Shown here: piece after piece, positions 13,601 to 27,668 of the stretch | Numbering within the stretch: the first letter of the stretch is position 1 | Layout of the letters: each line of letters starts with the position of its first letter | Source of the DNA: Phoronis australis | Taxonomy: Eukaryota > Animalia > Phoronida | Direction: 5' to 3' | Assembly (NCBI GenBank): GCA_002633005.1 | Contig: NMRA01000064.1 | Span: 249,233-313,232 of the forward strand | DNA: 64,000 nucleotides | Program-made: the position numbers and the translations under genes | The notes under the pieces: model-generated | What the model was told of the DNA's origin: nothing | The model's input: only the letters and a program-made list of their open reading frames with translations | Databases searched by the model: none

Positions 13601-16600
13601 TGATTTTATGGGAGGAACCTGATTCAGCTTAGAATGCGATGTGTGCATGTACTGTGAAGGGGGATAACGATAGTTTTTGATGTTCCCATGAGTCACAGAT
13701 AACTGTTTATGGTGGAGACAATCCGTGTTATTATTGTTCACTTGACTTAAGTTTGCTGTTCATGGAGGAATAGAAAGTGGCAGAAGTTGCCTAGCATAAG
13801 AAACTTTTATTGAATATGCAAGTACACCCAATCATATCCACAATGAAACCGCTAAATACCTGTTGCGAGTAATAATATCATTGCCTGCATGTTCGTTCTA
13901 CATTCACTTCCATTCAGCTGACATTAAAAACTGACACAGTGTTCAACAGAGAGTAGGACACTAATGCCGTTCCAATGTGAACATTTCCTGAAACAATCCT
14001 ATTATTTTTCAGGCAAGTTTTTATTGATAGTTTGTTGAGTATATGCACAAATTTTCTTGGATTTACTGTGGCAAAAATTAGCCATGAAAGACGTTTTTAC
14101 TCAATTAAAATTTTAAGTCTGACTATTCTTTACCAATAACAGTATAATAATCGCATCCTGTCCTCTGGCACTTATAACTATCTCCTTCATATCTTTTCAA
14201 GGCTTGCCAATAGGGGGCAATAGAACTTGCAAGGGGGTCACAATAGATAAGTGGAAATAATTCCTGTTAAAATATTCCCGCAAATTTTCTGTAATGCTGA
14301 AATACATGGGAAGGCTACTACTGTGTTTGCTCAATGGAGGTGAATATTGGAGCAAGATGGCCGACAGATGTTGAATTGTCCAGTCATATTCTACTGTTCT
14401 ATAGACAGCTAATACTCACTAAGGACATAATATGAAACAAGGAATCTTCAAGATCTGTATTTTTACTAAGTGTAACAACAAGTGGTTGCATTACCCTTTA
14501 ATCAATATAAAAATAGGAACACTACATAAGCTTTCAAAGTGGAAAAAAGAAAATTTTGGACATTATCTTTGCCTTGAGATTGAAATTTTAATGTAACTTT
14601 AACTTTAAGTGTACATTGTCTTAATTGGCAACAACAGACTTTGTTACCTGCAATCTGTTATGTGGCCTGTCTCTAGTGACAAGCTAGTCTTGTCATGTAT
14701 ATCATTATTTTTGCAATGACTGTCATATTGCTTGTTAAAATCCCATTTCGCTTGACATTTAGCAGAAAGTAAACTTCATTAAAACTGCTGCGTACACCTA
14801 ATAATTGGCCATGGTTGACGTAAATGTAATAACAGTTGTCAATATGTTTTGGATAGAATAATTTTTGAAATTTCCTTTTTCATTTTTCAGCATAAACTGG
14901 TCCCATTACTATTACATATTGTTTGTGCGCCTCTCAAGACAAAAATTGTGAAATTTAATGTTTTTTGACAAGTTGAAGTTTCTCAAATTAAAGGAACTAT
15001 CCTGATATCTTAGAGAACAAGTTTGTTGATGTGGAATGGGTACTGGTTGATCCTTGATAAAGCATCTTCTTAAAACTTCTTGGGTTGTCACTGAGTTCAC
15101 GTTTAGTGTATGCAACTTCAGTGATGCCAAACAATTCAACTTTATCAAAAAGTACCATGTAAGTTTATGCACTGTGTAATTATCTTGTGACGTCATTTTC
15201 TATTTTCTTGCAGGACAATCCTACAGATAATGCTCCAAGGTATGTATAGTCTCGTCACTCAACCTGTTTCTCATGCACAATATCCCGAGTACTACACTGT
15301 CCAAATGCTGTAGTGTCCTAGAAACTTCCCAAGTTTTTGTCAGTGCACAGTTTAAACTGTTGTTATGAAATTACTCCATGTCAGGTGCATTAAACAGTTT
15401 TGGCCATTTTTGATGTGTTATTTTCCACAAAACTGGGTCGTTATTACGTTGCTAATGAACCAATTTGGGAGAGTAGAAAATTGATTATTTTGCTCATAGT
15501 TGAAGCTTGCACCAAATTTTATAAATATGTAATATTGTCAAGAATTACAATCAACCACAAACAATCATTAAGCTCAATATTACTATGGTGATGCTTCAAA
15601 ATGTTCCTCATGTCTCAATCTTCAGAATCAAACAATTCGAAAATTTTAATTACTGTCCAAAAGTGAGCAATTTTTACCATAAACATCCTATTGCACCAGT
15701 GGCCAAATGTTTCTACCTACATTCATGACAATGACTTCCAAACACATTGCTAGGGTTGTCTTTGCTTGTCATTGTACACGAATAGTCAAAACTGTTAGCG
15801 TTTCGCTAGCCAACAATTATACTGTCATTGTCACAACGCTGGTAATTACTCAACATATAATCTACTTTTAATGAAACACAGTCGCCTTGCGATGAAGTGG
15901 CAGCAGAAATCATTGTTTTGAAAGTAGCAATTTTGTCCGTTTCAGGAAAAATAGACGTGAAATAGTTGTGATCGATGGCTTCGTAATGCCACATAATCCC
16001 TGCCTTGTTGGGTTAATAAGTAATCTAAGAATGACTTTACTTTCTTGCGTGTCGCCTGCGTTCTTGTTGAGCCATTGTTTCTGCCATCAACTTGTATACA
16101 CTGTGACATCTATACCCATTTTAGGAGGAAATTAGTTTTTGCGGGCCCATTCACAATCACCGATTACTTAGACTGGGTATGTCTGCATATGTTCCTGAGT
16201 GTCTCTCGTCTTACGTATTTCTATGTTAGATGTTTTAATTTGTATGAACTCCTTGCTAGCGCTATCTTGTAGCCAGTTTTTAATAGATCAGTTTATAGAC
16301 TAAATGCATGTTTATTATAATTTTGATTTGAAGGCATGGTTCGATCACCCTTGTCACAAAATTTTCAATATGTAAATGTGAGGAACATCACGCGTTTCAA
16401 AACTGCAATGTTAGGTTTCAATTCAGATGCAGTTGGTTTATGTGTTAATGCTAATTCAGGTTTGCAATCTAAATGATTCAAGTTGACCAATTAGAATCTA
16501 TCTTTCAAATTGAAATTTGCCAATTCATAAAATTTGCTACGCTTTTTGATAACCAAATGTGTAACCTCTCTGGGATTTTGAGGTATTCGTGCTAAGGCTG

Positions 16601-19600
16601 CAAGAAAATTTCAGTAATCGAGGACTCAGTATGATAGAAAAATGAAATTGTGTAAATCATTTTTTTTTCAAGGTTAGTATCACTAAATCTGTGCTGAAAG
16701 ATTTTCAGGTTTTGTATTGTAGCTGCGTGCTTACTCCATTTTGAAATATTGCTGGCATTGTGAATCATAGCAGTGAGGAACTTTGGCAAAAATGGTCAAT
16801 TTTGGCGACATTTTGGTCCAAAATGGGCAAGATTTTACCTTAATTGGTTTAAAACTAGACAGTGAGGTAAAGAGTGTAATTTTGAAATAAAAACTTTGAT
16901 TGCTGGCCTAAATAATGATACAGTGTTTTTTTGTTGCATTGTGTGCAAGTTAGTGTCCAACAAATGCTTGTTTATCACCGTCAGTTAACTGCATGATGTG
17001 TTTGTATGCCAGAACCTCTGAACCTTACATTGTACTGTGCCTACACGACTCTTTATTTTGTTTATTTCCATGTTGTTCCACCCACTGTAGAACCGTAACT
17101 GACCACGAGAGGTCTCTTCTGTTATCTGGTCGCTATGACGAGTTGCTATACGAACAGAAACGCATTGATGCCGAGCTTGATTTGCAGGTATGCATGTGGA
17201 GGTGTCTCTTATTTTGTTAGTCCGTCCTGCTCTGTAGTGCAGCGGGTAGCACACGTTTTGACTGAACATTAGTCCGTCATGCTCCGTAGTGCTGCGGGTA
17301 GCACACGTTTTGAGTGAACATTAGTCCGTCATGCTCCGTAGTGCAGCGGGTAGCACACGTTTTTACTGAATGTTAAAACTCATCTGCCGGATTTTTTGCA
17401 TTCACTTGAAACTACATTTCCTCTCGTTTCTCTGTCCAACAAGACAAAATCAAGATTAGGCCACTGACGCCCAAGAAATTTGTCTGAAATTATTCGCTTA
17501 GTAGGTCTTTACTTCCACAACCAGAAAGGACGTCGATCACATTGAAAATGTTTGAGCTCTTTAGCTTAGCTGTAAGTTATCTCTCAATTCCAACTGAGTG
17601 TTGAGACTAATGGTATCATGCCATGTTATTAGCTACAACCGTCATGTTCTGACATGTTTCACCAATTACCGTTTTAACTGTCCATTTTCAATTCTGAAAA
17701 GTATGTATTTTCTGAACAATCGATGAATAAAAAATCTTCATTTTTGCCTTGAATAGTTGCACAGTCCTCAATAGTCCTGTGAGCATCATTTTCGTGAAAT
17801 CTCACCTTTTGTTTGAACCTGAATTTATGGATTTCATAAAAACCTTCAAACTACTGGTGACCGTATATTTGAGCTAAAGATTCTTATTTTTCAGTAAGTA
17901 AAGTTCGGTTTTTCCAATTTTATTCACTCCCAGATAATAGAGATATCAGTCTAGCTGTCAAAGTTTGTTTTTGAAACACAAGTCTTCAATTTTGAAAGAT
18001 GGCGAGGCTGATATCTCTGTTGCCTAAGGATGAATAGAAATTGGAGACCTGATTTCTGTGGACAAAGACCGTATAAGAAATGTGCGCTAAAAATTCTTGC
18101 AAATTAATTTGCTTATGAGCAAAAGAGAAATCGATGATTTAACCTCCTAAAACGTTGAAAATCATTTGGCCTGAAAATAGCCAATAATGATTTTTCACAT
18201 TACTGAAATCAATTGATGTCATTCTGACCATATTTGTCACTTATAATACATTTAGAACAATTTATGTGTAGAAATGAAAAATGTGGTTGAATATTGAATT
18301 TTTGAAATAAAATCCCTGGAGAATGACAATAACATCAAAATCCAACTTGATACGACAATTATTTCGCACAAAATTAATTGCCAAAATTCTCATCTTTGCA
18401 TTTTTCTTTAAAGCTTTACTGCACATAATGGAAAATTTACAAAAAGTTGTTTTTTTTGTCATCTACATAATATAAATCGTGCTAGGAACACGGTGGACTA
18501 AAATTTTCTTCAACTTTATTTTTGTGAAGAAATTTGACAAAGTACAATTATAGTATTTCACTTGTTGGCCATATTGTGTGGTAAGCAAGCAAAGAATTAC
18601 TGTACTTTTGATATTTCATAATTTCATGTTTAAACAATGATTTGAAGGGAGGTATCTATGATTCTGTCTCAGTTGAAGGACCGTGTCTTTCTACTCGATG
18701 TCTGAATGGTAAAATTTTGAAATAGGCTAATTTAGCCTACCAAGCTAGTCTCGACTTTCTCATTTACATGGGAGAAGTTGGCAATGTGGCCTGGTGTGAT
18801 AGGTGCCCAAGGTCGTGGGTTCAAATCCCACTTGGCCACTCTGCTGGACCCTTGAGTCAGGTTTCTAGCTGCTCAGCTCAGTTTTAACTATATATTGATA
18901 AAGCATAAAAATGGTTCCACGTGATCAGTGCAATGGGCCCACATGCGAGGCCTGCGCACTTCTGCTACAACGTGTACCAAACAGTCTGCAATTAAAAAAA
19001 AAATTTTTAATTCTGGTGTGCAAAACGGATGGAAATGACAGGAGGAAATGCAATTTCTTTCACTAAGATACATTTTGAGACTTTGGACATTTTCGTGTGA
19101 CTAATCATTTGGTTATCCCATCACACAACACTGACTATTAGACAGCATGATAGTTGTGAATTTGGATTTTAAAGAGTTAGTAAGAAAGCTTCCCACATTT
19201 CTAAGCTTGCATTTCTTGTATTATCCTGCCATTTTGTGTACTGTGAGATTCTGCTACTTCCATAGGTGTTTGGTGTTGTTAGTGTACTGTGCCTGTTATT
19301 TTCTGTAGAATTTCTTAAACTCCACTAAAATTCATTGAAATAAATAGTCGCTCATTAGATTCTACGAGTGTTAGATAATATCAAATTATCTTTTGGAGGA
19401 AACTCTGTTTAATAGGTTGCTGCTTTATTGTGGATTGTCTAGTATGATGTCATTTTGACATTTTGGACCCATTCAAAGAAATTTTAAACGCCAAAGTTAA
19501 GATTTGTAATAATCATTCTGAATGTACAATGCAAGCCGCTGGATACTGTCATGACTTTTCTGTTGGAATGAGCTGACAAGAGAAGAGTTAACATTCAACA

Positions 19601-22600
19601 AGCTCTGGTAGAAGATTTTTTCTAAGGTCTCCAAGAACAGGGCACCGCCACATGAAATGAGGCTCATCTTCAATTTCACCCAGGCAGCATATGCCGGATA
19701 TTCTCTCACTTCTAGGAATACCTATATGTTTACCTTTCTCTATATTAAGTGAGTGACCTGAACATTGAAACTGCCCTAGTATTTTTCTAGAATGAGCGCT
19801 TAAATAATTCATTATGTGGTACTTTGAAAATTATTACTCAGCTAATTTTAATCTTTGTCAATTCCCTGGGAGCATGTAATGGGTGCTACCATTATCGGCG
19901 CTCACCAATTAATCTGAACACATTTTTCTGTACAACTGTCAAGTGCTGAAATTCCCCAGTGGTTATCTGTGTCCCATCATTATAGTAACAGACCCGTCAT
20001 TACTAAACATCCATATTCTAACTGCACTGGAGCTCCCAAGAAACAAGCGTAGAATAAAATAGTTTTTGAAATGTTAGCTTGTTATTTTTATATATAAGAA
20101 ATAGTTTTAAATTTCATATTTGTGGTAACTTGTGAATGGTTCTCACTGAAACCTCCATCTAGCTCACAAAACACGAGGAGGAGATTAAAGCTGAAGAGGA
20201 AGCGTATTATGAGGCTCAAAGAGAGGCTGCAAGGGTTGCTATGCAACAGCAGCAGCGGGAACAAGCTGGCAAGTCAGTGACTAACAATGGTGCCAATACA
20301 TCCTGGCTTGGGGATGATGACGACTGGGACATGTAAGTGTATTAGGAATACTGTAATGTGGATGACGACCTCCATTCAGGTAACAAATATTATAGTAAAG
20401 TTACACTTCTTAACACAATAAGGCAGACAATTCTTATTTTTTCATGAGGGATACTTAGCCCAAGTGAATACTTTGCCATGCTCAAGTTTCTTATCGTAGC
20501 TTCCACCAGACAATATTTTGAAAAAAAAGGCTTTTACAGCAATGTTAGAAGACCATGAAAACTGAAAAATAAAAAACTATCTTTTGCAATTATTTTTATC
20601 CAAATTCAATATTTTACTGTAAATATTTAACTTGACATTGTCTTGTATGAGTCTAGATGAGTCAGGTGTACTCCAGGCTCACGCACTACTGCTTACTGAA
20701 GACTTAATTTAAATGTCATTCAAGCTTGGAATTAATTATTCAACAGTGGGGACTTGCCAAAAGATTGACAATCATTGGTCAAATAATTAAATAATGTGAA
20801 TGGCTCCTAGACTTGATTTACTATCACGCAAACATCGGGTCAGTCAGGCCAATACAACCACAAAGACATTTGTTTGGTTCCCCTGTGATGACTGTAGCCA
20901 TGGTGATTTTACTGTTCAACAGCACTTCAGTAAAGGAGCACCTGCAGCTATTCTTGCTGTGCTAGTTAGCACATGAGTATTCCATATTCTAACCTCAGCT
21001 GTCGCTTGACTCCCGTTTACTCTTCTTAAGGTACAAATCCCAGGGTCAATGATAACAAAGTAATAATTTCATTTACAGGCTTACTAATGCCCATCACTAG
21101 GTACATGTTGGACTTGGAGGGGACAAGTAGTCCGCATAGTGGCTCAATGTGAAACTATTATAATAGTTCTTTCTGAACCTTGCTTTTAGTCATACAATGG
21201 CTCAGTTGGTCTAGGCAAATAAACACAGCTTAACAAAGGGTTTATGGCACTGGCTGAAAAGATTATTGTTTTATTGCACCTTGCAGGATTTACTAGCCCT
21301 GCCCACAATGTCGCCCAGTCACCACTTTTCAAGTCCTGCCATTCTCCTGTTGTGATTTACACTCTTTTTGCTCTTGCCAAACCTGCAACAGTCAGTCCAG
21401 TGTGTTTGACATTCTAAGCTATGTATCAACAGTGGCTGATCAGAGAATGCTTCACTGTACATCATTATAATGTCAGTGCTGTGGTCGGTACTTAAATTTT
21501 AAATTTTTAAAAATTTCTGAGCATTTTCCCAGCGCAAAAACTCGTCATTTATTTCGATTTCACTCAACTTGCTTAACTAATCGCATCACCAAGGTATTCA
21601 CCAGGATAGGCTCAGGTCCAAGCTGTACCAATTGTGCTGACTCCAGTGCAGCTCATTCCAGGCTCAGGTATTCAGAATCCACAAGGATTAATAAAACAAT
21701 GATCTGCTCAGTCAGGACCATAAACTCTTTGTTAGTAAGCTGTGTCTAATTATACAGTCCAACTAGGGCATTTGTATGACTTGGAGCAAGGGAACTCTTG
21801 CATGTCAGTTTCAAAGGTTTGTGAATCACACCTGTCATTTACAACCTTCTTCAAAATTCTAAGCTGTTATGTGGACTAGTTACCCCCTCCATGCGCAAAA
21901 TGCTGTTTAAGTGCACATTACCAACACTGGCTTTCACTTCATTTCCTTGTCATTAATTCCGTTATCATAGCTTTCATCACAAAACTGTGTTCACATTGAA
22001 AGCACTCCAGTTCCCCTATGAAAATGTTCTCCATTGTTGGCTAATGTACACAACTTGTCGTCATGTGCTGGACTGGGAGACTCTGATTCCAAAAAAGGAG
22101 ATCGAGCTGTCACAAGTTCGTAGAGCAATTTTGGAAGTCACGGTGAATGACAAAAATATTTGACAGGTCAGACACAGGACATTATACGTCTAAAACGCCA
22201 CAAGCCTCAAGATGACTATAGAACATGGAATTGTACTTTGTGGTTTCAGGGATGTTCGGATCTTAACTATGAATGCTTACAGTAAAACTTGATGTGCATT
22301 GAATTATTAGTTTTAGAAATTGCTGAAAGTGTTGCCATGTGTCAATGAATTATTAATTTCATGATTTAGTCACATTTACACTTTGAGGGTGATTAATATA
22401 TTTTTCTTTTTAATTATTAATACATTCACCATTCACCACTCTTGTGTCCATGTATTTAGGAGGAAATTTTGAATGTTTACATGAATATTAGTTTTGAGGT
22501 GCACTTTCATCTAATCTTTTCTAAGACTGAGTACAGAAGAGCAGAGGATAATAACTGCATTGTTCAGTCATCTGATAACTCAGGCAGAATTTGCACCCAA

Positions 22601-25600
22601 GTGTCTCACAGGAGACAGACGGTGTAGCATTGTTATTTGAGCTCTGGGGCTTGTTTCACAAAAGTGACTTTAAAGACTTAAGACAGGAATTTGGACTTAC
22701 ACTCCCACTTTACAGTTCCTGAAAAAAATTTACTCAAATAATCCTGAGCATATCACAGTCGGGAAATAATTTATGGAAATTATCTCTCAGTAACTTACAG
22801 TTATGTGCAAGTTTTCAGAGCACTTGCACTTTTGCTCAAGTGAAGTTTGATTGTTTTTCAGGAATAATTGTGTAGAGCGTAAGACAACTTTCTGGTTTAA
22901 GTCTAAAGGCACTTTTCATGAAACAGATCTCTGGTTGAACTTTTAACCTTGGAGGCAGACGTTAAGTGTCTCTGATGAGCTGGGTATTATCAGTGCAAAT
23001 GGGATTGGATGAAAAATGTATATGATGCAAAAGCCACCTCTGAATACGTGTCAGTAAAACTGAAAGTTAAGGTTAGTGCTTAAACCATTGAGCAGAACTT
23101 GTGACTGTCACTCATGGTATTAATGTCATAGTTATTTTACTCATACATAGACGAGTTTGAGGAGATTTCACCTTCCTTTGTTTTGTAGAGCTGGGGGTGA
23201 AGATGACTTTGAAATGTTCTTGGAAAGTGTCAAAGCAAGGTCACTCTCCGTCAAACCTTTGCAACAAGTAACTCAACAAGGTGGGTGTAGTTCTCTTCAT
23301 CTTATATGAAGTGGTCAGAATCCAAGTACAAGTTGTGAAATGATGATGTTTTTGTGAAGTTCAATGCAGTCGTAATATTTTACAAAATTCAGACACAGTG
23401 GATGGATTGTGTCATAGTTCTGTTGTGATGAAATGAAATGTGAAAATGAGTTCAGGAACAGTCTGTTTCTTACAATGGAACAAGTCTGATATGTTTTTGC
23501 CTTTAACTTGACTTATCTAACGATTACCTTGAGATGTGACCTTTCTCAAAAATTACTAAAGTCTCATGTCCAAGTTGTCTGGCTTCATCTGAATGTTGTT
23601 GAAAAACCAGATAAATCCCTTAGAAATGTGAGGATAAAATTGGTGCAAACAAGCGAAACAGCTAGCTGAAAGCTGACAAATCTCAAAGCTACTGGTCACC
23701 TAAGACAAAAACACGTGATTCGAATTTGAAAGCAAAAGTTACGAGACTACTGGTTACAACTGGTTATACCTCAGACAAGAAAAAAAATGAATGCTGTTCC
23801 GTAAAATTACCAATTTTGAAGAAGCGGAGATTTTGTCCTTAAACTGGAAATAGTTCAAAGAGTGTAGCAGTGCTTGCAAAGCCACGTATGCATCATCACA
23901 CTTTTGTTCTAACTTGTGTTCCAATGTAATCAACATTTTCTTGCTGACCAGTGGTCATAGATGCCCAAAGTTTATGCAGTAGTACGATGACCCGCTGTGA
24001 TCACTCAATAACTGAAGCCTCGTCCATGGACCTCGAGTGGGAACATGAGCAAGGTATTAGGCATGTGATCAGTGGTAGCCATGTTTGTTGACCTATTTTG
24101 TTCCATGACCCACAGAGTGCTTGAAAGAAGCTTTTTGTTGACGCATTTTGTAGTTATTTGATTTAATGTTTTGTTTTGCATTAGCAAAATGTTGTTTGCA
24201 TGAAGTGGCTTGTTTTTAGGACGTAGGCTGAACTTGCAAGCAACGTGAGGTATTTTAAACCTAATTGGGTGGAATGAGCCCCTGATGACCAACCGATCAT
24301 TCCTCATCACCTGTCTTCATCTACCTCCAAATACATCAGACTTTGGCTCATATTGAAGGGGGGGGGGGAACCAAAGGTTTTCATGACCCATGAAGTGGCA
24401 TTTTTATGTTTGGTTAACATGGCACCTGTGTTTCCATGCTTGTGAACTGTGAACTGTGGTTTGAAGGTTATGTAAACATGATGTTGTATCTTTATGGTGC
24501 CATCGTGAAATTAGGTAAATAGAGATCAGGGTGACCAGGCAGAATTAATGGCGTTCAGCGATTGGTGGCGGAGCTCAAAAGAAGGTGCTTGTGAATCAGT
24601 AATCTTACACGCGTGAACCGTGACCCCCCTCTTCACCCCTTTATTGAAGTTTATAGAGACTTCAGAATGACACATATTGGCTAATCTGCGATTCAGTTAG
24701 GCGCCAGGATATTCAGTGCAATGTTGGGAGCATGTTGCGGTCTGTACCTATAACACTGTTGGTTTACATGTCGTTATACTTGTGTAGGAACTGATCGCAC
24801 TTCATGTTCAGAGCACCCTGGTGAGATGGAGTGGGACCATGAGGAAGGTAGTCGTGTGATTGGGGGTGGTTTGGCTTTTATGCTTTTTCCTGCGTCCAAG
24901 TGTCAACAACTTTTTAGTTTTAGAATAATTTATGTGAGAGACTCACTCACGAAGGCTTTGTAGATGTTTTACTTTGGAAAGCGGGCGTTGTTTGTTTCAG
25001 TATTTAAAGTGGCTATAAATCTTCATTCAGACCACTTAGCGTTATGAAATTGGTCTCAAATTGCACTTCAATCAAAATGTGATTTCTAGGTTTGAAAAGA
25101 TCTGACAGTTCTTTATTGATTGAGACAACATGACATTTGCTTTTCCGTGCATGGTTTCAAAAAATAACAAAGTGTCAAAACCAAAAATCACTTCTCATTT
25201 TAGTAAAGGATTAGTTTGAACCATTTTATAACGGTAAGTGGTCTAAGTAAAAATGTTGATTCATAAATGAAACGTGCGCATATTGCCGCTTTGAAAAGTG
25301 CACAAAATCTCACTTGAGTTTTTTGCAGCTTTCAGAATGTTGTATGTTGTGGCAGTCTTACTTAGTCTTTAAATGTTTCACGTGATGTCATACAAACTCT
25401 TTGTGTGGTTGATATTGACGTGTGAATGTTAGCTTTGCGTCCCTGTGTGCTCTTGTATGGCAATACTTGACATCTCTGTTTTACATGAATGACATTTATT
25501 CTACAAACATTTCCATTTGAACCGACACTCACACGGATATATGTGAAATGCTATTGTTGAAGTTTTGTTGTGATAAAAATTCATTAGTCATAGAGTACAT

Positions 25601-27668
25601 GTTCAAAATTTGGCTATCACTTTTTTCAACATGAATAACTTTGTGATTTGGATTTGAATCAAAACCGACCTCATGTCGTTTTTGACAATTTCATATTTGC
25701 TCCTTATTTAACAAGCATGTGTACTTGTATTGTAGGAAACTATGTCCATAACTTTCCCAAAATGCCAAAAGTAATTCTGAAAAATTGTGGGCATCTGCCT
25801 TAATGATAGAAATTACCAGGCCGCCTGTAATCTTTTCGGTTCTCATTACCGCAGTTGGAATATTACCGCCCATCTGTTGAGGTGTGTTTAACTTCGTGGT
25901 AGTGATACTCATTTGAAGCACCCATCCTTTGATTTTTTCCTTGTGAAATCAATAACGCGTTTAGTTCAAATCAGTCTACTCTCAATTGCAAGTCTTTCAT
26001 TTGCTCTCTTATCCTGGGTAATCAGGTCAAGTGATTGTAGCTTCAAAGGCAGATCCTTCATTGTTCCACTGTAATAAGGCAATGCTTGCATTAACTATCA
26101 AGTACCCTTGTACTAAACTGTAATTAGTATGGACGCTATGTATAATTGTCAACTTTCATGTATTTTTTGTCAAAATTCAATGTACACATGAGAGCTATTG
26201 TCAAAACATTAACTTTAAATTAAATTTAGCGAACCATTTATGTGTCAAATATGCAAGTTGTTAGGGATAACGTCCAATTGATTTCAATAACTAAAACTAA
26301 AAAGGTATCCTTAGTTTAAATAATTTTTATTTACTCAACTCTAATCAGTTTCAAATGAATTTCAGTGCTCTAGCCATGCCTTTGTAGGGGTCTGTACTCT
26401 TTGGGGCGAGCAGCACCACATCACACGAGTGCGAGGCATCATTTAAGAGTACTTATACTTGACAAGCAATGGCATGCTTTTGTGGGGCTTTTCAAAAAGA
26501 CATTGGCTGTAATTGATGCTTGGGGAGCAATATTTTCATTAAGCAGTGCGCAGTTCAAGTGCAGAAAAGAATGTGCTAGGGGTTTTTCGCCCTTACTTGG
26601 CAAATTCTCATCATCCTTTTTCAACAAGTCTTGATTTCATGGATGGATGGATTAGCCATTTTGTTACTTTATGGTCTATGGCCGAGGGAACTGTGTCTCA
26701 GATTTTTGTTTTCCTTTAAACAATGGAGAGCTGTTGGCTGTCAAAATGAGGATTCTGGATGTTTTTTTTAAAGAGGGGCCTTGATATGATTGCTGACATC
26801 TACTGTTTAGAGCCCAGGGTAAATGGGGAATGTGAGATGTGGTTGCCTGTGTATTGACAAGAGTATGTAGTTCAAGTAGCAAAGTCGCCTGCAGTTTAAA
26901 TTTTCTAAAACTTCAACAGACATTTTTTAATGTAGTAGTCTCTCTTTACAAGCCCAGGGTCACCATCTTGTCAAAATTCTACATCTTGGTGTGCTTATAA
27001 GCGCTTGGTTTCTGTACGTAGCATTTTGAAACCCATTTTCGAACCTTGGAGATTTTGTCAGTTTTATCAGGAAAGCCTACCTTCACAAGGGAGAGAAAAT
27101 ACTCTTGGTTAAAATGCCTAAATGGACTTGCATACAGCACCATCACAGAAATTTGTCATCGCCTTGCCCACTGTGAACTTTGTAGTACCTTCATATGTTA
27201 TTAGGTGGCAGTAGGAGTCCTCAGTTCCACATGTTCGGTCATCATTGCTTTAAACAAGTCATTCATTTTTCAAGAATGCGACTTCAAGGAACGTTTTATT
27301 TTTACAATACCTTAATTTACAGCTTGTAAAAAGCCTTACAGTCTTGTCTTAGTGATCAAGAGCTTAGGAGAACATTATGTGCACATTTGGGGGAAAGTTA
27401 TGAGACAGTGAAGATGGCTGAACGTATATCTGAGAGTTCTGTATGTTGTTAAGTGCCATGTTTTGAGCACGTTTTTATCATATTGCTCACAGGAATGGTG
27501 ACACCACCCAAAATTCGACCAGAGCCTGAAGGAATGGTAACAGAAGCCGAGTTGACTCAGGCTATAGAACGGAAAGACTCAGATTTGGAGTGGGATGCAG
27601 ATGACTTTGTCAGTGCAGATACAGCACAACTGGTGGATTCTGGGATAAAATGTGACGATGAGGGATGA
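10690..27668 (+). CDS. AP1AR: AP-1 complex-associated regulatory protein (gadkin), 5'-partial, spliced
   Basis: Exons 10690-10738 (KYLRTRYSADTGFGIE), 11925-11945 (FENLMDE), 15214-15239, 17091-17187, 20163-20332 (EEEIKAEEEAYYEAQREAARVA), 23189-23280 (GEDDFEMFL), 23952-24053 (SMDLEWEHEQG), optional 24788-24847, 27493-27668 (DLEWDADDFVSA...stop). All GT-AG with matching phases. Motifs match vertebrate gadkin (KYFRT, IEFENL, EEEALYAAQREAAR, EDDFE, DLEWEDEEG, LEWENDFVSA). The first coding exon was not found. Confidence 0.9.
11671..11746. repeat. Minisatellite, 18-bp unit (tgtactgtgaggtgcrtc) x 4
   Basis: Directly visible. Confidence 0.9.
12190..13375. repeat. Degenerate tandem array (~110-150 bp units), probably the core of a Helentron/HINE-like non-autonomous element
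   Basis: Recurrent blocks gcaccycctagtgg, gtatct, ggattttc(a/g)tgaaa and aggtttctattaa, all in the same orientation. Confidence 0.65.
17217..17372. repeat. Minisatellite, 52-bp unit x 3
   Basis: ttagtccgtc...gcacacgttttgactgaaca starts at 17217, 17269 and 17321. Confidence 0.95.
17905..18052. repeat. Imperfect palindrome, probably the centre of an old foldback/MITE
   Basis: ccaattttattc...agagatatcagtct pairs with aggctgatatctct...gaatagaaattgg. Confidence 0.55.
18780..18870 (+). mobile_element. tRNA-derived SINE head fragment
   Basis: A-box-like gtggcctggtg, B-box GGTTCAAATCC (18818-18828), then a cccttgag SINE-body motif; no complete cloverleaf. Confidence 0.55.
19497..19840 (-). mobile_element. 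LINE (CR1/L2-group) ORF2 C-terminal fragment
   Basis: SGHSLNIEKGKHIGIPRSERISGICCLGEIEDEPHFMWRCPVLGDLR matches the H-L-IE-GR...PR..R.C..C...IEDE.HF...CP...LR zinc-finger-like tail of non-LTR retrotransposons. Confidence 0.8.
22644..22933. mobile_element. MITE (Harbinger-like terminal inverted repeats)
   Basis: ggggcttgtttcacaaaagtgacttt is inverted with aaaggcacttttcatgaaacagatctc. Related ends occur at ~38082 and ~53930-53951. Confidence 0.65.
24788..24847 (+). CDS. AP1AR: Candidate cassette or duplicated AP1AR exon (GTDRTSCSEHPGEMEWDHEEG)
   Basis: tgtgtag acceptor and G|gtagt donor, 60 nt, phase 1-1, no stop; paralogous to the end of exon 23952-24053. Confidence 0.7.
25029..25244. mobile_element. 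MITE / small foldback
   Basis: agaccacttagcgttatgaaattggt is inverted with accattttataacggtaagtggtct, with further internal pairing (gtgatttctaggtttga / tcaaaaccaaaaatcac). Confidence 0.65.

Noticed and set aside
18786-18840. tRNA gene
   Set aside because: B-box present but no acceptor or anticodon stems; better explained as a SINE head.
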